64,000 bases of DNA, taken from contig CAVRJL010000016.1 in NCBI GenBank assembly GCA_963721525.1, forward strand, positions 58,777-122,776. Direction: 5' to 3'. The notes beneath the pieces were generated by a model. That model worked only from the letters and a program-made list of their open reading frames with translations, did not search any database and had not been told where the DNA came from. The translations under genes and the position numbers were made by a program. The stretch is from an uncultured Negativicutes bacterium. Its GTDB lineage: Bacteria > Bacillota > Negativicutes > JBAXTZ01. Positions 9,280-20,843 of this stretch are shown piece by piece; the first letter of the stretch is position 1; each line of letters begins with the position of its first letter.

Positions 9280-9903
9280 GTGCCTATAGTTAAGGTATAT
9301 AATATGCAAGGTTCTCAAACTGATGAAATAGATTTAAAAGAGTCTGTTTTTGGAATTAAAGCCAATGAAGCGCTAGTTCATCAGGCAGTAAAAATATATT
9401 TAGCTAGTAAAAGATTAGGAACTCACAAGACAAAAAAACGTGATGAAGTGAGAGGAGGAGGCAAAAAACCTTGGCGACAAAAAGGTACAGGGCGTGCACG
9501 AGCTGGTTCGATTCGTTCGCCTCTTTGGGTAGGCGGAGGAACGATTTTTGGTCCACACCCACGCAGTTATACTTTTACAATGCCGCGTAAAGCTAGGAGA
9601 ATAGCTATAAAATCTGCTCTTAGCAGCAAGATAGAATCTTCAGAAATAATAGTTATTGATGAAATAAAATTAGCCGAAATAAAAACAAAGCAAATTGTTG
9701 AATTTTTAAAAAATTTTGATAGTCCAAAAAAGGCTTTAATAATAACTGCAGTAAAAAATGAAAATATACTGAAGTCAAGTTTAAATATAACTGGAGTTAA
9801 GTCAATAATTTCTGTAGGTATAAATGTTTTCGATTTATTGTACCATGATAAGATTTTTGTTGAAAGAGCAGCAATTTCTAAAATTCAAGAGGTGTGTATA
9901 TAG
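9280..9903 (+). CDS. rplD: 50S ribosomal protein L4
   Basis: GGGKKPWRQKGTGRARAGSIRSP; GTG start. Confidence 0.99.
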   Translation: MPIVKVYNMQGSQTDEIDLKESVFGIKANEALVHQAVKIYLASKRLGTHKTKKRDEVRGGGKKPWRQKGTGRARAGSIRSPLWVGGGTIFGPHPRSYTFTMPRKARRIAIKSALSSKIESSEIIVIDEIKLAEIKTKQIVEFLKNFDSPKKALIITAVKNENILKSSLNITGVKSIISVGINVFDLLYHDKIFVERAAISKIQEVCI

Positions 9904-10190
9904 TGGATAATTTGCATAATATGGTAATTAAACCTCGTATAACTGAAAAATCAAATGATATGATAACTGAGAATAAATATGTGTTTAAAATCCCACTCAC
10001 TGTAAATAAAATTGAGATTAAAATAGTTATAGAAAAAATTTTTAAAGTAAAAATAGTTAATGTTAATATAATTAGAGTTTATGGAAAAATAAAACGTATG
10101 GGTAAAACTGTAGGTCGTCGTTCTGATTTTAAAAAAGCTATTGTTAAGCTCGCACCGGGTAATCGTATAGAAGCATTAGAAAGTATTTAA
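9903..10190 (+). CDS. rplW: 50S ribosomal protein L23
   Basis: PRITEKS, KKAIVKL; GTG 9903 follows RBS GAGGTG. Confidence 0.97.
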   Translation: MDNLHNMVIKPRITEKSNDMITENKYVFKIPLTVNKIEIKIVIEKIFKVKIVNVNIIRVYGKIKRMGKTVGRRSDFKKAIVKLAPGNRIEALESI

Positions 10191-10229
10191 GCTTTTATTT
10201 GATTTTGAAATAATTAGGAGGGGAAAAAG

Positions 10230-11059
10230 ATGATGGCTCTTAAAACTTTTAAACCAACATCTAAAGGTAGACGTTTTATGAGTGTTGCTGATTTTTCCGA
10301 TATTACTGCAACAAAGCCGGAACGTTCTTTAGTAGTTAAATTAGATAAACATGGTGGGAGAAATCACCAGGGGCGTTTAACTGTGCGTCATCAGGGTGGA
10401 GGCGCTAAAAGAAAATATAGAATTATTGATTGGAAAAGGAATAAGGAAAATATAATTGCTAAAATAGCAACTATTGAATACGATCCTAATCGTTCCGCCT
10501 ATATTGCTTTATTGCATTATATGGATGGAGAAAAGCGTTATATTTTAGCGCCTAATGGAATAAGAGTCGGAGACATTGTATTAAGTGGAAACGAAGTTGA
10601 TATTAAGATAGGAAATTGTTTACCTCTTAAAAATATTCCTGTAGGTAGTACTGTCACAATATGGAAATGAAAATAGGCAAGGGGGCTGAAATGGTACGTT
10701 CTGCAGGGTCTTTTGCTCAACTTATGGCGAAAGAAGGGAAATATGCTTTATTGCGTTTGCCTTCAGGAGAACAACGTAAAGTTCACTTTAATTGTAGAGC
10801 GACTATTGGACAAGTGAGTAACATTAATCATGAAAATATTACTATTGGGAAAGCTGGACGAAATCGTTGGTTGGGGAAAAGACCTGAAAATCGCGGAACC
10901 TCAATGAATCCTTGCGATCATCCTCATGGTGGGGGAGAAGGGCGTTCTCCAATAGGTCGGAAACATCCCGTTACTCCTTGGGGAAAATGCGCAATGGGAG
11001 CGAAAACTCGGCATAAAAAACTTTCTGATAAGATGATAGTGTCTCGACGTGTAAAATAA
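10230..11059 (+). CDS. rplB: 50S ribosomal protein L2 (one frameshift near 10655, probably a sequencing error)
   Basis: Two ORFs, 10230-10670 (IEYDPNRSA) and 10661-11059 ([13 protein letters not shown]), join if one base is added at GSTV/HN. Confidence 0.97.
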
Positions 11060-11076
11060 ATAAATAGGAGGGAATA

Positions 11077-11361
11077 ATGTCAAGATCGACAAAAAAAGGA
11101 CCTTACGTCCATTCAAGTATATTAAAAAAAATAAACATCATGAATGAAAAAAATGAAAGAAAAGTATTTAAAACATGGTCAAGGACTTCCACAATTTTGC
11201 CTAGCTTTGTAGGCCATACTATAGCAGTACACGATGGTCGTAAACATGTTCCTATATATATGACTGAAGATATGGTTGGGCATAAGCTGGGAGAATTTGT
11301 GCCAACAAGAACTTTTAAAGGTCACGGGTCTCATACAGAGCGTTCAACATCGTTGAAATAA
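11077..11361 (+). CDS. rpsS: 30S ribosomal protein S19
   Basis: [20 protein letters not shown]. Confidence 0.99.
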   Translation: MSRSTKKGPYVHSSILKKINIMNEKNERKVFKTWSRTSTILPSFVGHTIAVHDGRKHVPIYMTEDMVGHKLGEFVPTRTFKGHGSHTERSTSLK

Positions 11362-11373
11362 TGGGAGGATTGA

Positions 11374-11706
11374 ATGGAAGCTATAGCTAAAGCAAAATAT
11401 ATACGAATTGCGCCTAGGAAAGCACGTATAGTAATTGATTTAATTCGTGGTAAAAATATTGATGAAGCCATTGCAATTTTGAAGTTCACTCCAAAAATCG
11501 GGGCACTGATTGTTGAAAAAGTTTTAAAATCTACTATTGCAAACGCTGAACATAATTATAATATGAATACTTCAAAGTTATACGTATCAAAGGCTTTAGT
11601 AGATCAAGGACCAACGTTGAAAAGAATTCATCCAAGATCTCGAGGTCAGGCATTTAAAATTTTGAAAAAAACAAGCCATATCACTATGGTTGTTGCTGAA
11701 AGGTAG
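11374..11706 (+). CDS. rplV: 50S ribosomal protein L22
   Basis: [25 protein letters not shown]. Confidence 0.99.
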   Translation: MEAIAKAKYIRIAPRKARIVIDLIRGKNIDEAIAILKFTPKIGALIVEKVLKSTIANAEHNYNMNTSKLYVSKALVDQGPTLKRIHPRSRGQAFKILKKTSHITMVVAER

Positions 11707-11718
11707 TAGGAGGGGATT

Positions 11719-12381
11719 GTGGGGCAAAAGGTAAATCCGCATGGATTAAGAATAGGAATTATAAAATCTTGGGATGCTAAATGGTACGCAGATAAAGATT
11801 TTGCGAAATATTTGCATGAAGATATAAAGATTCGTAATTTATTAAAGAAGAAATTATATACTGCTGGAATTTCTCGCGTTATTATAGAACGTAATGGAAA
11901 TCGTCTTAAAGCCACTATTTTCACAAATAAACCAGGTATAATTATAGGACGAAGCGGTGCAGGTATAGAAGAAATAAAAAAAAATATAGGTCAATTTACT
12001 GACCATAATATAGAAGTGCAAATTCAAGAAATAAAACAAATTGACTTGGATGCAGTGTTAGTAGCACAGTTTATTGCTGCTCAATTGGAAAAAAGAATAG
12101 CATTTCGTCGTGCTATGAAACAAGCTGTGATACGAACTATGCGTGCTGGTGCTAAGGGAATAAAAGTTATGGTAAGTGGTCGTTTGGGAGGAGCAGAGAT
12201 AGCTCGAAATGAGCTATATAGAGAAGGAAGTATTCCTCTTCACACGTTGCGTGCAAATATCGACTATGCTATTGCACAAGCGCATACTACTTATGGTATT
12301 ATTGGCGTAAAAGTATGGATATATAAAGGTGAAATTTTGCCTCAAAAAAAAATTCTTTCTGCTGAAGGAGGCAAACAATAA
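11719..12381 (+). CDS. rpsC: 30S ribosomal protein S3
   Basis: [30 protein letters not shown]. Confidence 0.99.
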   Translation: MGQKVNPHGLRIGIIKSWDAKWYADKDFAKYLHEDIKIRNLLKKKLYTAGISRVIIERNGNRLKATIFTNKPGIIIGRSGAGIEEIKKNIGQFTDHNIEVQIQEIKQIDLDAVLVAQFIAAQLEKRIAFRRAMKQAVIRTMRAGAKGIKVMVSGRLGGAEIARNELYREGSIPLHTLRANIDYAIAQAHTTYGIIGVKVWIYKGEILPQKKILSAEGGKQ

Positions 12382-12820
12382 TGCTTGTTCCAAAAAGAAG
12401 TAAATTTCGAAAACAATTTCGTGGTAGAATGGTTGGTAAAGCAAATAAAGGAAATAAAGTCTCTCATGGCGAATTTGGATTAACGGCTTTAGAACCGTCT
12501 TGGATCACAAATAGACAAATTGAAGCTGCTCGTATTGCGATGACACGTTATATTAAGCGTGGAGGACAAGTTTGGATAAAAATTTTTCCAGATAAACCTG
12601 TAACTGCAAAGCCAGCTGAAACTCGTATGGGTAGCGGTAAAGGTTCTCCAGAATATTGGGTTGCTGTGGTGAAACCAGGTAGGGTTATGTTTGAAATTGC
12701 TGGAGTGTCTGAAGAGGTTGCAAAAGAAGCATTTCGTTTAGCTGGTCATAAATTACCTATTAAAACAGGTTTTATTAAAAAAGAAACGGAAGGTGAAGTA
12801 GTGAAACAAATGAAAGTTAA
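12381..12820 (+). CDS. rplP: 50S ribosomal protein L16 (fused in frame to L29 as written; the native stop is probably TAA 12818-12820)
   Basis: [22 protein letters not shown]; the shifted frame at the end reads ETNES*, the usual overlap with rpmC. Confidence 0.96.
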
Positions 12821-12992
12821 AGAGATCCGTGAAATGAACGATAATGAATTATTAGGAAAGTTGAATAAATTAAAAGAAGATCTTTTCAACTTACGTTTCC
12901 AACTTGCTATTGGGCAATTAGAAAACTTTTCGCGAATACGTGAAGTAAAAAAAAGTATTGCTAGAATAAAAACTGTACAGCGTGAACAGTGA
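12810..12992 (+). CDS. rpmC: 50S ribosomal protein L29
   Basis: MKVKEIRE...LFNLRFQLA...KSIARIKT from ATG 12810. Confidence 0.96.
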   Translation: MKVKEIREMNDNELLGKLNKLKEDLFNLRFQLAIGQLENFSRIREVKKSIARIKTVQREQ

Positions 12993-13027
12993 ACTGAAAC
13001 GCGCTTAGGAAAGGAAGAGGTAAAAAA

Positions 13028-13276
13028 GTGGAAAGAAATGAACGCAAAGTACGTATTGGTAAAGTCGTAAGCAATAAGATGAAAAAAACTGTGGTTATTT
13101 CTATCGACCGTATCGTTTCTCATCCAATGTATAAGAAGTTGGTAAACCATACAAAAAAATTTAAAGCTCATGATGAAAAGAATGAATGTTCTATAGGCGA
13201 TACAGTTAAGATTATGGAAACACGTCCATTATCTAAAAATAAATATTTTAGAGTAGTAAAATTACTGAAAAAGTAA
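13028..13276 (+). CDS. rpsQ: 30S ribosomal protein S17
   Basis: [26 protein letters not shown]; one more A near 13260 would give the more typical end KITEKVK* (stop 13281). Confidence 0.98.
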   Translation: MERNERKVRIGKVVSNKMKKTVVISIDRIVSHPMYKKLVNHTKKFKAHDEKNECSIGDTVKIMETRPLSKNKYFRVVKLLKK

Positions 13277-13320
13277 AATAAAACAATTTAGTTGTTTTAT
13301 GAGCTGAAGGAGATAATTTA

Positions 13321-13689
13321 ATGATTCAGCAAGAAACAAGATTGAATATTGCGGATAATACCGGAGCAAAAGAAATATTATGTATTCGTGTATTGGGAGG
13401 ATCTTTCCGTAGATATGCTAATATTGGAGATGTTATTGTTGGTTCTGTCAAAGAGGCATCCCCCGGAGGCGTTGTTAAGAAAGGGGAAGTTGTAAAAGCG
13501 GTAATTGTTCGTTCTGCTAAAGGACTGAAACGTTCGGATGGATCGTATATTAAATTTGATGATAATGCGGCTGTTATTATAAAAGATGATAAGTCTCCTA
13601 AAGGCACTCGTGTATTTGGCCCAGTAGCGAGAGAGTTGCGTGAAAAAGATTTTATGAAGATAATTTCGCTTGCGCCAGAAGTAATTTAG
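13321..13689 (+). CDS. rplN: 50S ribosomal protein L14
   Basis: [30 protein letters not shown]. Confidence 0.99.
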   Translation: MIQQETRLNIADNTGAKEILCIRVLGGSFRRYANIGDVIVGSVKEASPGGVVKKGEVVKAVIVRSAKGLKRSDGSYIKFDDNAAVIIKDDKSPKGTRVFGPVARELREKDFMKIISLAPEVI

Positions 13690-13701
13690 GAAGTAATTTA
13701 G
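13678..13701 (+). repeat. 12-bp tandem duplication GAAGTAATTTAG x2 covering the rplN stop codon
   Basis: Read directly. Confidence 0.85.
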
Positions 13702-13714
13702 GCGGAGGTTTGGA

Positions 13715-14054
13715 ATGGTTAGGGGAAAAAAAATACATATAAAAAAAGGCGACAATGTTATAGTTTTATCAGGAAAGGATAAAGGGAAAAAGGAAAGATT
13801 ATAGAAGTTATTACCTAACAGTGGAAAAGTTATAATAGAAGGGATAAACAAAGTATACAAACATATGCGTTCTACTCACAAAAAATCCTCAAGGCGGTAT
13901 TATACTTAAAGAAGCTCCGATTTATGGGTGTAAAGTTATGTTATTATGTCCAAGTTGTAATAAACCGACTAGAATTAGTAAGACGGTTTTATCAGATGGG
14001 GAAAAAACTCGTGTTTGTAAAAACTGTGAGGAAATAGTTGATAGCAGAAAATAA
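13715..14054 (+). CDS. rplX: 50S ribosomal protein L24 (two frameshifts; missed by the ORF track)
   Basis: Manual translation: [18 protein letters not shown] / [20 protein letters not shown] / [13 protein letters not shown]...[10 protein letters not shown]...CKNCEE; indels at A-runs near 13790 and 13880. Confidence 0.95.
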
Positions 14055-14075
14055 CGCGTAGAAAGGAGTAAAAAA

Positions 14076-14618
14076 ATGGCATCAAGGCTAAAAGAAAAAT
14101 ATTTTAAAGAGATTGCCGATATTTTAAAGGCAAAATTTAATTACAAAAATATTATGCAAATCCCAAAAATTGAAAAAGTAGTAATTAATGTCGGTATTGG
14201 AGAAGCGGTCGGAACTCCTAAAACGATAGATGTCAGCTATGCAAGATATAATGACTATTTCCGGACAAAAGCCTGTTATTACTAAAGCTAAAAAATCAAT
14301 TGCGGCATTTAAAGTCCGTCAAGGTATGAATTTAGGAATAAAAGTAACTCTTCGCAATGAGAGAATGTATTATTTTTTAGATAAATTAATTAATGTAGCA
14401 TTGCCAAGAGTACGTGACTTCCGTGGAGTAAGTTCAACGTCTTTTGATGGACGAGGAAATTATAACTATGGGTGTTAAGGAACAACTTATTTTTCCTGAG
14501 ATAGAATATGATAAAGTTGATGAAATTCGTGGCATGGATATTGCGATTATAACTACGTGCAGAAAATGATGAAGAAGCGCGTGAATTATTAAAATTATCG
14601 GCATGCCATTCAGCGTAA
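14076..14618 (+). CDS. rplE: 50S ribosomal protein L5 (several frameshifts; end approximate)
   Basis: [62 protein letters not shown] spread over shifting frames. Confidence 0.95.
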
Positions 14619-14636
14619 AGAAAGGGGAAATAGATA

Positions 14637-14823
14637 ATGGCAAAAAAATCAATGATAGAAAAATGGAAAAGCGAACCGAAATTTCCAACTCGTAAATATA
14701 ACAGATGCGAAATTTGTGGGCGTCCACATGGATATTTGAGAAAATTTAAAATGTGTAGAATTTGTTTTCGGAATTCAGTGCTATAAAGGTGCTATTCCGG
14801 GTGTAACTAAAGCAAGTTGGTAA
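14637..14823 (+). CDS. rpsZ: 30S ribosomal protein S14, zinc-binding type Z (frameshift near 14775)
   Basis: MAKKSMIEK...[10 protein letters not shown]...MCRICFR / [13 protein letters not shown]. Confidence 0.95.
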
Positions 14824-14849
14824 GCTTTTTATAAAGGGGGTTAACAATA

Positions 14850-15251
14850 ATGGTAATGACCGATCCTATTGCTGATATGCTTACTCGAATTCGTAATGCT
14901 AATTCGGTTTATCATGCTAAAGTTGAAATACCGGCGTCAAAAATAAAAGAGGCAATTGCTCATATTCTAAAAGCAGAGGGATTTATAACGGATTATAAAT
15001 TTATCGGAAATAATAAACAAGGTATTTGAAAGGTTCGATTACGTTATAATATAGATAAACAGAAAGTAATTTCACTGGAATTAAACGTATTTCTAAACCC
15101 GGATTACGCGTTTATGCCAAACAGCGAGGAAATACCACGTGTATTTGGGGGCTTAGGTATTGCCATTATATCGACTTCGCAGGGGCTTATGTCTGATAAG
15201 CATGCACGTAAAGCTAGTCTCGGTGGTGAAGTTATAGCTTATGTTTGGTAA
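14850..15251 (+). CDS. rpsH: 30S ribosomal protein S8 (several frameshifts)
   Basis: [49 protein letters not shown]. Confidence 0.95.
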
Positions 15252-15280
15252 TAAGCGAATAAGCGGAGGTGAATATAAAT

Positions 15281-15829
15281 ATGTCAAGAATTGGTAGAAA
15301 ACCAATTATTATACCCAAAGATATTAATTTAGAAATTAATAATAATTTTATTACAATACAAGGACCTAAAGGGCAATTAAGTAGACAAATTAATATAAAA
15401 ATAAAGATTGAAGTAAATAATAATGAATTAATTGTAAGACGTCTAAATGATGATAAAATACAAAAAAGTATGCACGGATTATCCAGAACATTAATTGCTA
15501 ATATGATTGAAGGAGTAACTAAAGGTTTTAGTAAAACTCTAGAAATAGTAGGTATAGGTTATCGTGCTGCTAAAACTGAAAATAATTTAACTTTAACTTT
15601 AGGGTTTTCTCATCCTATAGTAGAAGTACCACCAAAAGGAATAAGTATTGATGTGCCAACTCAAAATAAAATTGTAATTAATGGTATTGATAAAGAAGCG
15701 GTAGGTGCTTTTGCCGCAAAAATTCGGGGGTATCGTGCACCTGAACCTTATAAGGGGAAAGGAATTAAGTATGAGGGCGAATTAATACGTCGTAAAGCCG
15801 GAAAAACTGGAGCTAAAGGTAAAAAATAA
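15281..15829 (+). CDS. rplF: 50S ribosomal protein L6
   Basis: [28 protein letters not shown]; ATG 15281 follows RBS GGAGGTG. Confidence 0.99.
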   Translation: MSRIGRKPIIIPKDINLEINNNFITIQGPKGQLSRQINIKIKIEVNNNELIVRRLNDDKIQKSMHGLSRTLIANMIEGVTKGFSKTLEIVGIGYRAAKTENNLTLTLGFSHPIVEVPPKGISIDVPTQNKIVINGIDKEAVGAFAAKIRGYRAPEPYKGKGIKYEGELIRRKAGKTGAKGKK

Positions 15830-15854
15830 CACTATTATTAAAGGAGTAAACGTC

Positions 15855-16217
15855 ATGCTCAAAAAAGTAGATAAGAACCTTTCCAGAAAAAACCGTCATC
15901 TAAAAATACGTAAAGTAGTTATCGGGACACCGGAAAAGCCACGTTTAAGCATTTTCCGAAGCTTGAAAAATATTTATGCTCAAATTATAGATGACGAAAA
16001 CGGTAAAACTTTAGTGGCCGCTAATAATATAATAAAAGAATTAAGAGGAAGATACGGTGGTAATATCGAGATAGCAAAAGCTATAGGAAGTATGATAGGT
16101 AAACGTGCTTTAGAAAAAGGTATTAAGAAAGTGGTGTTTGATCGTAACGGATACCTTTATCATGGTCGTGTTGAAGCCGTAGCTGTTGGTGCCCGTGAAG
16201 CAGGACTAGAATTCTAA
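15855..16217 (+). CDS. rplR: 50S ribosomal protein L18
   Basis: [35 protein letters not shown]. Confidence 0.99.
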   Translation: MLKKVDKNLSRKNRHLKIRKVVIGTPEKPRLSIFRSLKNIYAQIIDDENGKTLVAANNIIKELRGRYGGNIEIAKAIGSMIGKRALEKGIKKVVFDRNGYLYHGRVEAVAVGAREAGLEF

Positions 16218-16230
16218 ATTGGAGGAATAG

Positions 16231-16743
16231 ATGACAAGGATTGATTATTCGACATTAGAGTTGAAAGAAAAGGTTGTATATATTAACCGTGTTGCAAAAG
16301 TTGTAAAGGGAGGCCGTAGATTTTCTTTTTCTGCCTTAGTGGTTGTTGGGGATGGAAGTGGATATGTAGGTGTTGGCTTAGGCAAAGCTTCTGAAGTTCC
16401 TGAAGCAATTCGTAAGGGCGTTCAAGATGGAAAGAAAAATTTAATAAATGTGCCGATTGTAAACACTACTATTCCTCATGAAATAATAGGATTTTTTGGA
16501 GCTGGTAAGGTTTTATTAAAACCGGCAACGCAAGGTACGGGAGTTATAGCCGGTGGTCCTGTTCGCGCGGTCTTAGAATTAGCGGGAGTTAGGAACATCT
16601 TGACAAAATCTTTGGGTTCTTCAAACTCTGCCAATATGATAAAGGCTACATTAAATGGATTAGGAATGCTAAAGAAAGTTGATGAAGTTGCTTTATTAAG
16701 AGGGCGAAGTATTTCAGATATTTTGGGAGGTAGAAGAATATAA
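16231..16743 (+). CDS. rpsE: 30S ribosomal protein S5
   Basis: [30 protein letters not shown]. Confidence 0.99.
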   Translation: MTRIDYSTLELKEKVVYINRVAKVVKGGRRFSFSALVVVGDGSGYVGVGLGKASEVPEAIRKGVQDGKKNLINVPIVNTTIPHEIIGFFGAGKVLLKPATQGTGVIAGGPVRAVLELAGVRNILTKSLGSSNSANMIKATLNGLGMLKKVDEVALLRGRSISDILGGRRI

Positions 16744-16925
16744 TGGCAAAGTTAAAAATTACTTTGAAAAAAAGTTTAATTGGTAGACCAAAAACACAAA
16801 TAAAAATTGTAGCAGCTTTAGGTTTAAAAAAAACAAATAGTTCTGTAATAAAAAATAGTGAGGATACTATTTTAGGAATGCTTAAAAAAGTAAACCATTT
16901 AGTTTGTATCGAAAATGTGGAATAA
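16743..16925 (+). CDS. rpmD: 50S ribosomal protein L30
   Basis: [25 protein letters not shown]; position in the spc operon. Confidence 0.97.
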   Translation: MAKLKITLKKSLIGRPKTQIKIVAALGLKKTNSSVIKNSEDTILGMLKKVNHLVCIENVE

Positions 16926-16942
16926 GTTAGAGGAGAATTGAC

Positions 16943-17383
16943 ATGAAACTACATGAATTATCTCCAGCAATGGGCTCAATTAAGAGTCGTGTGCGTGTAG
17001 GACGCGGTTTGGGATCTGGTGTAGGAAAAACATCAGGGCGAGGGCAAAAAGGACAAAAAGCTCGTGCGGGAGGAGGTGTAAGAATCGGGTTTGAAGGGGG
17101 ACAGATGCCTTTGTATAGGCGTTTACCCAAACGTGGATTTCATAATAAATGGGGAACAGAGATAGTTATAATCAATGTAGGATTATTAGAAAAATTTAAA
17201 TCTAATACAATAATTGATCCTGTAATGTTAATACGGACAGGAATAATAAAAAAGGTCAAAGATGGAATAAAAATTTTAGGTAGCGGCGAAATAACAAAGC
17301 CTTTTATTGTGAAGGCACAAGCTTTTTCTAAATCTGCCAGAGAAAAAATAGAATCTGTAGGCGGAAAAGCTGAGGTGATTTAA
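16943..17383 (+). CDS. rplO: 50S ribosomal protein L15
   Basis: [27 protein letters not shown]. Confidence 0.99.
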   Translation: MKLHELSPAMGSIKSRVRVGRGLGSGVGKTSGRGQKGQKARAGGGVRIGFEGGQMPLYRRLPKRGFHNKWGTEIVIINVGLLEKFKSNTIIDPVMLIRTGIIKKVKDGIKILGSGEITKPFIVKAQAFSKSAREKIESVGGKAEVI

Positions 17384-18643
17384 TTGATTTCGGAATTAAA
17401 AAGTATTTGGTCAGCAATGGAATTAAGACGAAAAATAAAGTTTACTTTATTTATGTTTTTAATTTTTCGCTTTGGTTCTCATTTAACGGTCCCTGGAATA
17501 GATATAAGCAAATTGGCTAAAATGTTTGGAAAAAATAGCTTATTTGACTTGATGGATTTATTCGCTGGTGGTTCGTTTTCTAAGTTTTCCATATTTGCTA
17601 TGAGTATCACGCCTTATATTAACGCATCTATCATTATGCAGTTGCTTGGAATTTTGATACCTACAATCCACCGTTGGGGTAAAGATGAGGGGGATGAAGG
17701 TCAAAAAAAACTTATACAATGTATACGTTATGGCACTGTAGTTCTTGCCTTTATTCAAGGAATAGGATTATCTTACGGATTTTCTGCCGCTCTAGTTAAT
17801 GAAGGGATAAATTTACATCTGTTGATTGCTACAATTTTGACGGCTGGGACAGTATTTTTAATGTGGATTGGGGAACAAATTACTGACAAAGGCATAGGCA
17901 ATGGTATATCTTTGATTATTTTTGTTGGAATTATATCCGGATTGCCAAGTGGAATAAGTACTATCATAAAGTATGTTTCTGCTGGCACGATTAATATTTT
18001 ATCGGTTTTATTGTTTATGTTTTTAGCAATATTAATGATAATATTTGTTATTTTTATTCAGCAAGGGCAAAGAAAAATTCCTGTTCAGTATGCTAAACGA
18101 ATGGTTGGCCGTAAAGTTTATGGAGGACATTCAACATATATACCTTTGAAGGTAAATCAATCAGGAGTCATACCAATTATATTCGCTTCTTCTATTTTAA
18201 TGTTTCCGCTTACTTTAGTTCAATTTATAAATGTTGCTTGGATAAAAACAATAGCAACTTATATTTCTTGGGGAACGTTTATACATAGTTTTTTTTATGT
18301 TATTTTGATAATTATGTTTACTTATTTTTATACAAGTGTTACTTTTAATACTGAAGATATTGCTGATAATATGAGAAAATATGGAGGATTTATTCCAGGG
18401 TTAAGACCTGGTAAGTCCACAGCAGAATATTTGTACAAAGTTATGTTTCGCATAACTTTACCGGGAGCTGTTTTTTTGGCAATAATTGCAGTATTACCAA
18501 ATTTTATGGGTTGGATTAGTGGAATTCCAGGGATATACTTTGGCGGAACAGCATTATTGATTATTGTAGGCGTAGCACTAGATACTATGAAACAAATTGA
18601 ATCAATAATATTACAACGTCAATATAAAGGATTTATGAAATAA
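17384..18643 (+). CDS. secY: Preprotein translocase subunit SecY
   Basis: ITPYINASII, GIGNGISLII, GVIPIIFA, FIPGLRPG, GGTALLI; TTG start. Confidence 0.99.
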   Translation: MISELKSIWSAMELRRKIKFTLFMFLIFRFGSHLTVPGIDISKLAKMFGKNSLFDLMDLFAGGSFSKFSIFAMSITPYINASIIMQLLGILIPTIHRWGKDEGDEGQKKLIQCIRYGTVVLAFIQGIGLSYGFSAALVNEGINLHLLIATILTAGTVFLMWIGEQITDKGIGNGISLIIFVGIISGLPSGISTIIKYVSAGTINILSVLLFMFLAILMIIFVIFIQQGQRKIPVQYAKRMVGRKVYGGHSTYIPLKVNQSGVIPIIFASSILMFPLTLVQFINVAWIKTIATYISWGTFIHSFFYVILIIMFTYFYTSVTFNTEDIADNMRKYGGFIPGLRPGKSTAEYLYKVMFRITLPGAVFLAIIAVLPNFMGWISGIPGIYFGGTALLIIVGVALDTMKQIESIILQRQYKGFMK

Positions 18644-18659
18644 AAGGCGGAATAATATA

Positions 18660-19301
18660 ATGTATTTAATTCTTATAGGAGCACCAGGATCGGGAAAAGG
18701 GACTCAGGGGCAAAAGCTTTCTGAATATTATAAGATACCACAAATTTCTACTGGTGCTATGTTTCGAGAAGCTATAGAAAGAAGGACATCGGTTGGATTA
18801 AAAGTTAAAGAATATATGGGTTCTGGAAAATTAATTCCTAATGAGTTTGTTTTAGAAATAACTAAAGAAAGATTAAATCAGCAAGACTGCAAAAAAGGAT
18901 GTATACTTGATGGGGTCCCACGAACTATAACCCAAGCTGAAAATTTGGAAAAAGTTTTTTTTCAAAAACAATTAAAACTTATAAAAGCTTTACATATAAT
19001 TGTATCAGAAGAAAAATTGATCGAAAGAGCTATTGGGAGACGATTTTGCAAAATTTGTCAAACTACTTATCATATATTATTTAATCCGCCAAAAATTGAA
19101 GGAGTTTGTAACCTTGATTCTGGAAAATTATTTCAACGGTATGATGATAAAGAAGAAACGATAAAAAATAGAATTTTAGAATATAGAAATTTAACTTATC
19201 CGTTAGTAGATTATTATAAGAAAAAAAATATATATTATGCTTTAAATGGTTTACAATCAATTGATAAAGTTTTTTTAGATATTCTTTCAGTTTTGAAATA
19301 G
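18660..19301 (+). CDS. adk: Adenylate kinase
   Basis: GAPGSGKGTQ, LDGVPRT, zinc-lid CKIC...CNLD. Confidence 0.98.
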   Translation: MYLILIGAPGSGKGTQGQKLSEYYKIPQISTGAMFREAIERRTSVGLKVKEYMGSGKLIPNEFVLEITKERLNQQDCKKGCILDGVPRTITQAENLEKVFFQKQLKLIKALHIIVSEEKLIERAIGRRFCKICQTTYHILFNPPKIEGVCNLDSGKLFQRYDDKEETIKNRILEYRNLTYPLVDYYKKKNIYYALNGLQSIDKVFLDILSVLK

Positions 19302-19319
19302 AGTGGTATAAAATAATAA

Positions 19320-20066
19320 ATGATAATTATAAAAAATATTAAAGAAATAGGATATATGCGTAATGTTGGGAAATTAGCAGCAGAGACTCTAAAGCTAGTA
19401 GGTTCGTTTGTTAAGGTAGGTACTACTACGAATAAACTTAATTTTTTAGCAGAAGAATTTATATTGAAAAAAGGAGCTTTGCCTTCTTTTAAAGGATATA
19501 ATGGATTTCCGGCGATTATATGTACATCGATTAATGAAGAAGTTGTACATGGAATACCAAGTGAGCGTGAATTGGTTGAGGGAGATATAGTTAGTATAGA
19601 TGTAGGAGTGTATTTAAATGGATTTCACGCCGACGTTTCTGCTACATTTGCTGTTGGTGAAATACCGTTTTGCACAAAACAGTTATTACAAGTTACGAAA
19701 AAGTCTTTATATAAGGGAATTTATTCGGCGACCGCGGGGAATAGAATAGGAGATATATCTTATTCTATTCAATCTTATTGTGAATCTTTCGGTTATGGAA
19801 TTGTAAAAGATATGTGCGGACATGGCATAGGAAGAAATTTACATGAAGAACCTGAAGTTCCTAATTTTGGTAAGTGCAAAACAGGAGTAAAACTTATACC
19901 AGGTATGACTTTAGCAATTGAACCTATGGTAAATATGGGAAAAGATGAGATAGAAGTTTTAGATGATAATTGGACAGTAGTAACAAAAGATTATATGATA
20001 TCAGCGCATTTTGAACATACTATATTGATTACCGAAAATGAACCAGAAATTTTAACCATTAGTTAA
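19320..20066 (+). CDS. map: Methionine aminopeptidase type I
   Basis: CTSINEEVVHGIP, GHGIG, HEEP, AIEPM, AHFEHT. Confidence 0.98.
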   Translation: MIIIKNIKEIGYMRNVGKLAAETLKLVGSFVKVGTTTNKLNFLAEEFILKKGALPSFKGYNGFPAIICTSINEEVVHGIPSERELVEGDIVSIDVGVYLNGFHADVSATFAVGEIPFCTKQLLQVTKKSLYKGIYSATAGNRIGDISYSIQSYCESFGYGIVKDMCGHGIGRNLHEEPEVPNFGKCKTGVKLIPGMTLAIEPMVNMGKDEIEVLDDNWTVVTKDYMISAHFEHTILITENEPEILTIS

Positions 20067-20090
20067 GGCGTAAACGAGGAGGATTTATCT

Positions 20091-20309
20091 ATGTCTAAGC
20101 AAGATATAATCGAGATAGAAGGAATTGTAATGGAATCATTGCCTAATGCTATGTTTAAAGTTAAAATAGAAAATGGTCATATTATTTTAGCACATGTCTC
20201 AGGCAAAATTAGAACAAATTTTATTAGAATTTTATCTGGAGATAAAGTTCTTGTAGAACTTACGCCTTATGATTTAACACGTGGCCGTATTACTTATCGG
20301 TTTAAATAG
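20091..20309 (+). CDS. infA: Translation initiation factor IF-1
   Basis: [26 protein letters not shown]. Confidence 0.99.
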   Translation: MSKQDIIEIEGIVMESLPNAMFKVKIENGHIILAHVSGKIRTNFIRILSGDKVLVELTPYDLTRGRITYRFK

Positions 20310-20322
20310 GGAGGAATTTTGA

Positions 20323-20436
20323 ATGAAAATTAGATCGTCCGTAAAACCAATATGTGAAAAATGTAAAATTATTAAACGTAAGGGTAAAATAATGGTTATT
20401 TGTGAAAATCCAAAACATAAACAAAAACAAGGATAA
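20323..20436 (+). CDS. rpmJ: 50S ribosomal protein L36 (below the ORF-track cutoff)
   Basis: [37 protein letters not shown]. Confidence 0.98.
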   Translation: MKIRSSVKPICEKCKIIKRKGKIMVICENPKHKQKQG

Positions 20437-20453
20437 GGGGGAATAAAATAGTT

Positions 20454-20825
20454 ATGGCGCGTATTGCCGGCGTTGATTTACCAAGAAATAAGAGAATGGA
20501 ATATGCTTTACCATATATTTATGGAATTGGTTTGATTTTATCTCAAGAAATATTAAAATCTATAGCTATTAATTTTAATACTCGTGTTAAAGATTTAACA
20601 GAAGAAGAAGTAGCTAAATTACGTGAATATATTGATAAGAATTATAAGGTGGAAGGAGATTTACGTCGTGAAGAACAATTAAATATTAAGAGATTAATTG
20701 AAATAGGTTCATATCGTGGACGTCGTCACCGCATGAGTCTGCCTACTAGAGGACAAAGGTCGAAAACTAATGCACGTACTTGTAAAGGTCCACGACGTAC
20801 TACAGGTGCTAAGCGAAAAAAATAA
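20454..20825 (+). CDS. rpsM: 30S ribosomal protein S13
   Basis: [33 protein letters not shown]. Confidence 0.99.
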   Translation: MARIAGVDLPRNKRMEYALPYIYGIGLILSQEILKSIAINFNTRVKDLTEEEVAKLREYIDKNYKVEGDLRREEQLNIKRLIEIGSYRGRRHRMSLPTRGQRSKTNARTCKGPRRTTGAKRKK

Positions 20826-20843
20826 TAAAAGGAGGAGAAAATT

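Noticed and set aside
15020-15035. In-frame TGA in rpsH (and at 61590 in fusA) as evidence of a reassigned genetic code
   Set aside because: Both coincide with indels; Trp is TGG throughout and TGA ends rplC and rpmC normally.
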